64,000 nucleotides of DNA from Hypanus sabinus (lineage: Eukaryota). Of this stretch, positions 53,595 to 64,000 are shown in pieces. Position numbers and translations under genes: made by a program. The stretch spans positions 58,714,001 to 58,778,000 of the forward strand of contig NC_082710.1 in assembly GCF_030144855.1 (NCBI RefSeq), given 5' to 3'. The notes under the pieces were generated by a model. That model searched no databases. It saw nothing but the letters and a program-made list of their open reading frames with translations, and was not told the origin of the DNA. Positions within the stretch are counted from its first letter, which is position 1, and every line of letters starts with the position of its first letter.

Positions 53595-54139
53595 GACAGG
53601 CAACCTTAGAGTACCTGGTGTCTTATTCCAAGTAGATCTTAGTATCTCAAAGGAATCTTAGAACCTGCAAAGCCCTCAGCATCAGTCAAGCTAATCTTTC
53701 CTGCAACTGTGCTTAAGATAGGTTCCCTCTTGCAGCTAAACTCATATTCAGCAATGCGATATTAAGGGAGGGAGCACAGAGAACCAGAGGGCAATGCCTC
53801 ACACTCATTAATGTGACATGTGCCATCAATTTGAACAGGTACTAATTTGGAAAATGTTCACCAACTCAAGAGCCCAAGTAATGACTTTCTCAAGATCAGG
53901 TATGCAGCACTGGATCAGATGGCAAGAATTATTCACAATCATGGCAAAGATTACTGGGGGAAAATGTGGATTTTTGATCACCAATTAAATTGCTAAAAGC
54001 TCAATATATTTGTCAAATACACAACTAATTTCACTTTGTTTATAGACATGACGACAGAAGACCCAAGTTTAAACAAAATAAAGTTATAACTGACATAAAA
54101 TTCCAGTGGAATTGCCCAACCCTCCACAAAAAGAAGAAT

Positions 54140-54300
54140 GCCAGCGACCCAGGTTCAATTCCACCGCTGTCTGTGAGGAGTTTGTATGTTCTTCCCATGA
54201 CCAGGTGGGTTTCCTGCAAGTGCTCCAGTTTCCTCCCACATTCCGAAGACGTACTGGTTATAAGTTAATTGGTCACATGGCTGTAACCAAGCAACATCAC
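54140..54300 (+). mobile_element. V-SINE fragment
   Basis: B-box-like ggttcaattcc; V-domain ctcccacattccgaagac. Confidence 0.75.
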
Positions 54301-54726
54301 AGTATTTGATGAGGTATAGATTTTTTATGGAATCCTAACGGATTGCATCTAAAACCTCGATTATCTGTGAATGCTCTCACGTCCCAAATAGGTCAATTGA
54401 TTAATTGATTACATGGTTGATATTGATTACCCTTCAGTGGAGGTAGGATTCAAAGTATTCAAGAGAAGTTGATAGTCATGTGAGAGAAAGTAAGTGCAGG
54501 ACGGTAAGGAGAGGAAAAACGGGACTGACAGAACCAGCGTGCACCCAATCAGTTGAATGTTCTCTTTCTAAGCCTTAATACTGCATGTAACAAACATAGG
54601 CCTCCAGAATAAGAGTGCTTAGATACAATAAATGATTGAAAACTAGGTTTCAACACTCTTAGGTCAAGGTATGGAAAGAAAAATGGTGATGCATAAAATT
54701 AACCCCAATTCATTCTGGGAAGGTGT

Positions 54727-55285
54727 CCAGATTATATAATGTCATCACTGGTACACAAGTGTAAAGGAGAACAGAATAATTGTTCCTCCAGGTTCAATGA
54801 AATACGAAAAAAACACAGTAAGATAAAGAACACAATAATAATAAAAATACAATAAATATTAAAGATAGTTTACATACATACATAGATTGATTGTATGTCC
54901 ATAAAACAACACTAGGCACAGGAGTGTCAGTACATAAGGTGACTGACAGGTTGAGGGTGTGGAAGGGTGGGTTACTGGGTGGAGGTGTTGATCGGCCTAA
55001 TTGCTTGGGGAAAGACACTGTTTTAGAGTCTGGTGGTCTTGGCATGGAAGCTGCATAGCCTCCTTGCTGATGGATTAGAACAAACAGTCCATGAACAGGA
55101 AGGGTGGGATCCTTCATGATGTTATTTTTCTGGCACCCTTCTGTGTACATGTCCTTGATGGCTGGAAGGCTGGTGTTGGTGATGCATTGGGCAGTTTTGA
55201 CTACCCGTTGCAGAGCCTTCCCGTCCAAGGAAGTGCAATTTCCATATCATGCAGTGATGTGGCTTGTTAGGATGTTCTCCACTGC
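54727..55285 (-). mobile_element. Rex1/Babar 3' fragment
   Basis: ORF 54794-55228 KALQRVVKTAQCIT..IMKDPTLPVHGLF; EHPNK/SILT-region upstream. Confidence 0.85.
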
Positions 55286-58143
55286 AACAGGATCCAAGTC
55301 CATAAGATCTCATTCTACTCCATTACCACCTGCATATTCACGTTCTGCTTTTGAGGGATATCAACACGTCTTCCACCTGTGACAGCTATATGGTAAAAAA
55401 AACATCTGGGGGTACTCACAGAATTTCTTTCATTATACTCTTGCAAGGCAGGAAATATTGGGTGCAACATTCTTTGATACCTTAATAAAAATAAGCAATT
55501 TGCTTGGAAGCAGATTGATTAACTTCTCCAGCAGCAGAATTTCTGCACAAGAATCAATTTGGTTGTTAATTCTTTGTCTCAATAGTAAAGAGCTCAGTTC
55601 TATTCTTAATGCCAATGTCTCAGCTCTGGAAGAGTGGATTAGCTCATGGGGCTGCTGCTGACATATTAGCCTTCCATCCCAGATACAAGAGTGATCTCAT
55701 CCCTGTGATGGAGCAGATGATCCCAGACCAACCAGAGGAGGGCAGGGATTCCACTTCACCACCTAATTACCAGTGGAGAGGGATCCTGTGAAAACTGAGG
55801 GTATTTAAAATTAAAGATAATATGATTAGTGGCAGGATTTTAGTGAAGAGACTAAGCTGATTACAATATGAAATGACCAAAATGATTTCTAAATCCTGGA
55901 TGTCAGGTTAAAGTAGGGGATGCAGCCAGTATTTGTACAATAGATGAATAATTTCATTGCAGACTGTGAAACTTATGCAGATTTTAAGATAGAATCTTTC
56001 TCATCCAAGTCTATTTTGGGACATTGGTATCAGGATGTAAAAATGAAAAAATCCATCTACTAAGGCACTGAGAGATTCCCCATTAGTATCATCACTTCAA
56101 GAAGAATTATTAGTTAAACCTAATGGATGATACGAGGAAACTGTAAAGCCACAGGGATGCTAGTTTACATTATAGTAGGAACTATGATAAAATAATAGAA
56201 TCTACTTGCATAATACCAGGGAATTAAAGATATTAGCTTGAGGATCCTGTCCTTCATATCAAATCAGGCATCCTATATTCTTTGATACATTACAGAAAGT
56301 TATCCATTAATACATAATTATTTATATTAAAAATGCATGACTCCTGTTATGCCAGAAGTGCCTATCAATGTATACACTACTTTGGGGAATACAAGAAGAG
56401 ACTGCCACTTGGGCTGTGAATCTATGCTCCTCGATATTTGCAATATTTCAGATATCCAAGATCATATTTTATTATGAGTCACTTTAAGGGTCTTTTTTTA
56501 ACAGCTGGCCAGAGGAACATTACTGCATAGGTCAGACTACATAGTGAGCATAAATGAAGAAAAATTCTATTATCTAATCATTGTGATCCTTATCCTGCCA
56601 TTCAGTGGCGAGCAGCTCGCCACCGTCGAACTGGCAAGCCCCAGCTGCTGTCACCTGTCATCTGCCATCAGTCAGACTTGCTGCCCTCTCCAGGGAGCTT
56701 TTCAGACAGCAGCTTTCTCTTGCAGCTGTTAGTTAAATGGCCAGGCACTTTTTTTTTGCTTCTGCTACAGTACCCTTTAGCAGTTACCTGCTGCTCTCCA
56801 GGAACCAGGAGGGAAATATATCTTTGTAAAATAAAAAAGACAACCCTTTGACAATGAACTCTGCAGGCTTTTCATAAGAATGTGGCAGCAAGTTAATATT
56901 TCAGTGTGGTGTCTAATCAAATATACATTTAAATATGAATAAAACACATTTCATCTCTACCAGTCGTAGCATTAATTTCACATTTGTTATGACCCACACA
57001 TAACTAACAAAGGTCTACTTTCTTTAAACAATACAATATCACCAACTGCAATTGTAAAGTGGTTGTTTGAATACTGATCAGAAAAAATCACCAAACAGAC
57101 CACCCATTCTTGCCATTTGAAGTCTGCTTCTGAATTAATATTATAATGTCCAAGGGCAAATAAAAGAGACCAGCTGTCCCATTAAATGTGATCTTCGGAG
57201 GTCCCAGGTACACCCCTCCCCCCAATAAACAAAGATTCTTGACAAAGAAAACAAGAGGCAAGCTGGAGTGATGCAGACATTTAAATGTTAACACGGCCTA
57301 ATGCCTTGCACGATAGATCAAATTGTATCTGTACATACTTTGGTGTAAGGTTGATGTCACGTCACTTAAAATCATTCAGCAGCCAGCTGTGTAATTCTGA
57401 CGAGAAAACAAAGCATTTTAAATGTTTTAGATTTTGCGTTATCAAATGTAACAGTCAGTACAATGTTCCAATGGTCCAGCAGTTTGTGAAATTATGCAGT
57501 GCTAAGGAACCTACAGAGCTTTATTAGAGTCAACTTCAGATACATGACACTTGCGTAACTATCTCCATATGCACATGCATTTAAATATTGAAGTAATGAC
57601 AGCAGAGAAAAGCTTAGGGGATAACGTTCTCCATTCAGGCAAGTCTGAATTCATCCCAGCATTTTCAATTCCTGGCAATTTAAAGTGCTCTGCTTTGAGA
57701 AATTGCCATGTACGTTGTATGCTGAGCACTAGTCCTTTGACTGTACAGCAGCAAATTGTTCAAGAAATTGGAACCTGAAAACCATTATTATAGGTTGCAA
57801 TTGTTTACTCGTGTCATTCACTGAGCGGGTGTCCAAAGACAAACTAAGTATAATGCAGAGCAGAGGAGGATTGCTGTCGTGCCATCAAGTCCCATTGATA
57901 ACCATGGACTCGGACCTAACTTGACTTAATTGACAAAAAGCATCATGAAACACAAAATCCGGGAGAGCTACAAACATCTTCCAAAGATAGCAGCAATTTG
58001 AAATCTATTTTTAGTAAAATTTGCATATTGACTGACCATTTAGTCCATTGGTGACAGAAACATGGATGGATAAATGACCCAGGTGTACATTATTTACAGA
58101 TATACAATATCATTTTAGTTCTGAAATTCCTCTTGTTACACAG

Positions 58144-58256
58144 CAAACAATTAAAGAAACATTGCACATTAGATTCAATATTCCATGCGGCAAGATAATT
58201 GTAAATAATGATGTTTGGCGGGATAGCCGAGGTGACCGTGAGGCTGGCTACAAGAG
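58144..58256 (+). other. Candidate 113-nt cassette exon (unverified)
   Basis: ttcctcttgttacacag acceptor, AG|gtaatg donor, one open frame QTIKETLHIRFNIPCGKIIVNNDVWRDSRGDREAGYK; no protein recognised. Confidence 0.2.
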
Positions 58257-59242
58257 GTAATGTAGGTGCAGGTAACTTGTACTGACAGCTAAATGCTTTC
58301 TTAATTGGAAAATTTCCTGGTTTAAATGACAAAATCTCTCACCAGTGAAAAATATATTGTTCTCTCCTGTGGCTGGGGCAAGTGACAACATATTGAAAGC
58401 AATATTGTTTGTATGCCTTTACATTGCATAACCTAGAAGATTAAGATGGGCCAATACTGCATGGTGGTCACAAAGTTAGAAGCCAGATACTCAAGGAATA
58501 AAGCAATAAATGTTTCAAAAGTTGGCACTGTTTAACTAAAGATAATATTCCTGACCAGTTACTTTGATACATCGTTGAATAGCGTGCTGGAAGCTATATG
58601 AAGACATCATGCTAGAGGCTGCAGTTCTTTAGCTTCACACATTTACTGCATTTCATGATGAAAGGTGCCATCTTGCACTACCTGATACATATTTGAGAAC
58701 CATGTGAATCTTTACCTTTTGCAGAATGCTGAGGTTAGAAGATTGACTATCTGACAAAGTAAGCATGAATGTGCCTTATCTGATTGAGAAGCTATAACTG
58801 AGATTAGTGCTAGGGCTGCAACTTCTAGATGGCTTGGATGAAGACAGTGAAGATATAATTGCTAAATTAATGATGCCATGAGGATAAATAGGGAAGTAAT
58901 TTGGGAGGAGGATATAACGAGGCTGCACAACGTGATATATACGTCAAGTGAATCAGCATAAACCTGGCAAAAATGTAGAAAAATGACAGATTATCCACTT
59001 TAGTAGGAAATCTTAAAACCAGCACGTTATCTAGATGATGAGAGATTGCAAAAGCCTGAAATGCAGTGGGATCTAGGAGCCCTAGTGCACTGACAAGGAT
59101 TCATCCAGCTTGGACACCGGCCCTTTGACCCAACTCATCCATGACAACTATTTCATTTCAAGGGAATCCCATTTCCCAGCATTTGACCTATATCCTTTTG
59201 AACCTTTCCTATCCATGTACCAGTTCAAATGCCTTTTATAAT

Positions 59243-60462
59243 AATATAGCATATAACCATATAACAATTACAGCACGGAAACAGGCCATCTCAGCCCTTC
59301 TAGTCCGTGCTGAAGGCTTACTCTCACCCAGTCCCACCTACCTGCACTCACCCCATAACCCTCCATTTTTTTCCTGTCCATACACCTATCCAATTTTTTT
59401 TTTAAATGGCCAAATCAAACCTACCTCTACCACTTCTACTGGAAGCTCGTTCCACACAGCTACCACTCTCTGAGTAGAGAAGTTCCCCCTCGTGTAACCC
59501 CTAAACTTTTGCCCCTTAACTCTCAACGCATGTCCTCTTGTGTGAATCTCCCCTACTCTCAATGGAAAAAGCCTATCCATGTCAGCTCTATCTATACCCC
59601 TCATAATTTTAAATACCTCTATCAAGTCTCCCCTCAACCTTCTACGCTCCAAAGAATAAAGACCTAACTTGTTCAATTTTTCTCTGTAACTTCGGTGCTG
59701 AAACCCAGGTAACATTCTAGTAAATCTCCTCTGTATTCTCTCTATTTTGTTGACATCGTTCCTATAACTTGGTGACCAGAACTGTACACAATACTCCAAA
59801 TTTGGCCTCACCAATGCCTTGTACAATTTTAACATTACATCCCAACTATACTCAATGCTCTGATTTATAAAGGACAGCATACCAAAAGCTTTCTTCACCA
59901 CCCTATCCACATGAGATTCCACCTTCAGGGAACTATGCACCATTATTCCTAGATCACTCTGTTCTACTGCATTCCTCATTGCCCTACCATTTACCATGTA
60001 TGTCCTATTTTGACTTGTCCTACCAGAATGTAACACCTCACACTTATCAGCATTAAACTCCATCTGCCATCTTTCAGACCACTCTTCTAACTGGCCTAAA
60101 TCTCTCTGCAAGCTTTGAAAATCTACTTCATTATCCACAACGCCACCTATCTTAGTATCATCTGCATACTTACTAATCCAATTTACCACCCCATCATCCA
60201 GATCATTAATGTATATGACAAACAACATTGGACTCAGTACAGATCCCTGAGGTATACCACTAGTCACCAGCCTCCAACCTGACAAGCAGTTATCCACCAC
60301 TACTCTCTGGCATCTCCCATCCAGCCACTGTTGAATCTATTTTACTACTTCAATATTAATACTTAACAATTGAACCTTCCTGACTAACCTTCTGTGTGGA
60401 ACCTTGTCAAAGGCCTTACTGAAGTCCATATAGACAACATCCACTGCTTTACCCTCATCAAT
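59243..60462 (-). mobile_element. Young 5'-truncated CR1, nested in an older CR1 (~59100-59240 and ~60463-60760)
   Basis: Contains the 304-aa RT ORF; (atataacc) tail. Confidence 0.95.
59386..60300 (-). pseudogene. CR1 ORF2 reverse transcriptase C-terminal part, 304 aa open frame
   Basis: GIPQGSVLSPMLFVIYINDLD, KYADDTK, WQMEFNADKCEV; bounded by an upstream TAG and a frameshift in a poly(A) run. Confidence 0.93.
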
Positions 60463-60759
60463 ATTTTAAATATTATTATTTCATTTGCCTCTACTACATG
60501 CTCTGAAGCCTGGTTTCATATTCATACCACGTTCTAGTTGAAAAAGTTACCTCTTAAATCTTTCTCCTCTTGCCTTAAAACTATACCCTAGTTCATGATT
60601 TCTCAACTCTGGGGGGAGAAAAGTGTTCTTCACCAGATCTATGTCCCTCATGATTTTAGACATTTTTATCACCTATGTTCCAAGGAATAACATTTTAGTC
60701 TTCCCAACATCTTCCTAAAACCTAGACCCTCAAGACCTAACAATATTCTCATAAATTTG

Positions 60760-61165
60760 CAGAAGTTTAGAAGTGCAAGGGGAACTTGATTAAAGAACAA
60801 GATTCTGAGCAACCTTGATGGATGTGAAGGGAAGTTTCCTATTGAGAAAGAAATCTAAAACTGAGGGTTACTGATTCAAAATAAGGGATTACTCATTTAA
60901 CACAGAGAAGAGTTTTATTTTCCTCTCTTAGAGCATTATAAGTCATTGGAATTCTTTTCCTCTAAAGGTGATGGAAGCAGAGGCTTTGAATATCATTAGA
61001 TTTAAATGGATTCTTGATAAGCAAGAAGGCGAAAGGTTACCAAAGATGGACAGGGATTCAGTGTTGTAGGTACAGTCAAATCAATCATGACCTTATTAAA
61101 TAACAGAACAGGCTCCAGGGCTCGTGTTCAATTCCTGCCCTAATTCCTATGTTAATATGTAAGTA
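60760..61165 (+). mobile_element. Old CR1 3' fragment
   Basis: gcagaagtttag..ggaacttgatt; tail cctaattcctatgtt. Confidence 0.65.
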
Positions 61166-62519
61166 TGTAATCAGAAAGGCAACATTAATAAGATATTTTT
61201 GCAGTAGTTATCCAGTGTTTCACAAATTGCTTTCTAATGAACATGAGCATTTATAAATCAGCTTTTTAATTGAACTAGAAGCAACTTGATGACAGAATTA
61301 TCTTTTTATTTTAAGCTTAGCACTCAAAGAAATGCATCAGGAATCTTGTGGGTGGATTTTAGGTCAGAATTTCATCCAACTTCAGCAGCTCTGTAATTCC
61401 CATAGTGTTCAGAGGTTTTCCCTGTGCTTTTGTTGCCACTGCTGTGAGCTAATTATTATTTATTTTTAAAAAATTGTCTTTGGATTTCACAGAAGTCATG
61501 ACTCAAGCATTTTCTCTGCAAGATTTTTTTTAAAATATACTTTATTCTTAATATCAGATCATAGCTGGTAAGGCCAGTACTAAGGGATAATCCCATTTCC
61601 CTGAAAAGGAGGAGGGCCACCTCCTTGAATCATTATTCTCCATGTGCTGTTGCTTCTTTCACAACACTCCTTTGTAGGAGTATCCCCAGCGATGTCAAAG
61701 AATCGGCAATGTGAGTCTAAATATGACCTGTGGTGTAGAGTATAAATTAGAAGTTGTGATGTGCTGAGTATTTGTCAAGTAACCTTCTTGGTAATAGTGA
61801 TTGTGCACAATTACCCAACAGAAAATGGCCAATCACTTTCCGTATGGACATCTGTACTAATCTTATTAATACTACTAGGAGAACAAGAAAACATGCATTA
61901 AGAGTAAGTGAAATTGTTTGTTTCCATAGAAAAGTTTTTCAAGCAGAATGTCCCACATAATATTAATCTGGGTTCAGTACTAGCTTGGATGTTTCTTATG
62001 TGGAGTTTGCACATTCGCACTGTGACTAACCTTTGGATGTTCAACTATGTTCAAATCATAATCGCTCAGGTTACTGAGAGATTCTAAATTTCTCCTTAGG
62101 AGTGGTAGAACTTGGAGTAAGTTGACGGGGATGTTGGGATAATAAAAAAGTGGGGTGAATGTAAGATTGATGCAATTCAATGGTTGATGTATTTGGTGGG
62201 CTGTGTTATTATTGTATTATATTACTATTAGTATTATTATTCAATGATACTTAGAGAAAAGAAGACTTCATCAGAGGCTATATGGAAACAAGACAAAACT
62301 GGAGTTCATCATGGGCAGGACTTGTTGTTCAGTTTACTTGAGAAATGCTTTTGTAACTAACAATTTTTTTTAATATTTACTATTTCCGTCATCTGCACTT
62401 ACATTGCTGGTCTTTCCATTCCCAGATATAGAGTTACATAGGATATATGACATGGAAAGGAGACAATCAGTCCAACTAGTCCATGCCAATGTGTTCGATG
62501 TGAGCCTCTTCCCACCTTT

Positions 62520-63225
62520 CAAATTTCAAAAATTCAATAAAACTCTATATTCCAAGCTCATATATGTTACCAAATACAACCCTGGGATTTGTTTTCTTGT
62601 GGGCATACACAATAAATCTATGAAACGTAATAGAATGAATGGAAGACTGCACCCAACAGGACAGACAAAATAACCACTGTGCAAAAGCCCAAAAAAAACA
62701 GTGCAAATATNNNNNNNNNNNNNNNNNNNNNNNNNNNNNNNNNNNNNNNNNNNNNNNNNNNNNNNNNNNNNNNNNNNNNNNNNNNNNNNNNNNNNNNNNN
62801 NNNNNNNNNNNNNNNNNNNNNNNNNNNNNNNNNNNNNNNNNNNNNNNNNNNNNNNNNNNNNNNNNNNNNNNNNNNNNNNNNNNNNNNNNNNNNGCAATAA
62901 ATAGCACGAACATCAGATGAAGAGTCATTGAAAGTGAGACCATAGGTTGTGGGAATAGTTCAGTGATGGGGTAAGTGAAATTGAGTGATGTTCAAAAGCC
63001 TGATGGTTGAGGGGTAATAACTGTCCCTGAACCTGGCTGTGTGGGTCCTGAGGCTCCTGTACTTGCTTTCTGATGGCAGCAGCAAGAAGAGATCATGGCC
63101 TGGATCCTGGGGGTCCTTGATGATGGATGCTCTTTTCCTGTGACAGTGCTCCATGTAGACATACTCAATGGTGGGGAGGAATTTACCAGTGATGCACTGG
63201 GCTGTATCCTCTACTTTCTGTAGGA
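62520..63225 (-). mobile_element. Rex1/Babar 3' fragment (spans the assembly gap), nested in an old minus-strand CR1 extending to ~63900
   Basis: ORF 62960-63154 RASIIKDPQDPGHDLFLLLPS..YRSLRTHTARFRDSYYPSTIRLLN. Confidence 0.88.
62711..62893. other. Assembly gap (183 N)
   Basis: Run of N. Confidence 1.
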
Positions 63226-63909
63226 CATTTCTCTTTTCAATCTATTGGTCTAATCTTCTATTTCCTTCTCTTTAAAAGAGTCTCCACAAATCACTTCAAC
63301 AACCTCTGTGGTAGCATATTCCATATTTCCACCTCTGGCTAAAAATGCTTCTGTTGAATTTCTCAGTGTTATTTATGACGGCTTAGTTAAGTTCTTTCCA
63401 GCTGGTGAGAGCATCCCCCTGTCATCTATTGTCAAGATCCTTTATAACTAAAAAAAATAAAGACTCAATGTGTTCATCCTTTCCCAACATATAACTCCTT
63501 GCATTTCCGGTGTCACCTTGTAAATATTTGCCACAGTTACTCATTTCCATTTCCATGATAATGACCACAACTATACACAGTATCTTAAATGTGACCTAAT
63601 GAAGATTTGATTATGGCTAACAAAATCTTACCCCTTTTTGATAATATCCCTGTAGAAATATACTTCAATATTTGGTTAATTTTATCTTAAGACCACACAG
63701 ACTTAGAACAGAAGCTTTAGAAATTTTATACTAAGATCCCTTTGTTACACCATCACGTCCAAGTAATGTCATATCTACCTTTATTCTTTCTGCTGAATTG
63801 TGCTACTTCACATTTATCTGTGTTGAATTTCATTTGTCAATTATGTGCTCATTTAGTGGGCTTATCAATATCCTCCTCTAACTTATTGCTAACTTGTTCA
63901 GTACTGACT

Positions 63910-64000
63910 CAAACAACACACACAAAAATGCTGGTGGAACACAGCAGGCCAGTCAGCATCTATAAGGAGAAGCACTGTCAACGTTTCGGGCTGAGACCCT
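63910..64000 (-). mobile_element. Penelope terminal repeat with partial hammerhead-like core, cut by the window edge
   Basis: Minus strand agggtctcagccc-GAAAC-GTT-gacagtg..gatgctgactggcctgctgtgttccaccagca. Confidence 0.75.

Noticed and set aside
59386-60300. Longest ORF as a host or domesticated RT gene, or a retron-like system
   Set aside because: Ordinary 5'-truncated CR1 ORF2 with LINE tail; no true start, upstream stop, terminal frameshift
62526-62943. ORFs containing X runs
   Set aside because: Artefacts of the N gap

Overview
Eukaryotic, repeat-dominated 64 kb window with no confidently identifiable host gene, probably intronic or intergenic. The repeat repertoire (CR1 LINEs with esterase ORF1, HE1/V-type SINEs, Deu-domain SINE, Penelope-derived palindromes) suggests a cartilaginous fish, probably a ray (inference). 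ORF-track entries with recognisable motifs are all transposon fragments. Content: many CR1 copies, often nested, including a head-to-tail trio at 16.6-24.3 kb and a young family; Rex1/Babar LINEs; a HERO-like RLE retrotransposon; a decayed Sushi-type Gypsy element plus a solo LTR; two young ~215 bp solo LTRs with perfect 5-bp TSDs; Tc1, hAT and Harbinger remnants. Most notable: (1) a ~1.05 kb foldback at 37.5-38.6 kb whose outer 60 bp arms are far more similar than its inner arms; (2) dispersed Penelope-derived palindromes carrying hammerhead-ribozyme-like cores; (3) a repeat-poor island at 56.5-58.4 kb with an E-box/hairpin cluster and a candidate 113-nt exon. No clearly new biological system can be demonstrated from sequence alone. 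Family assignments rest on remembered motifs, not database searches; boundaries are approximate unless a TSD is given.
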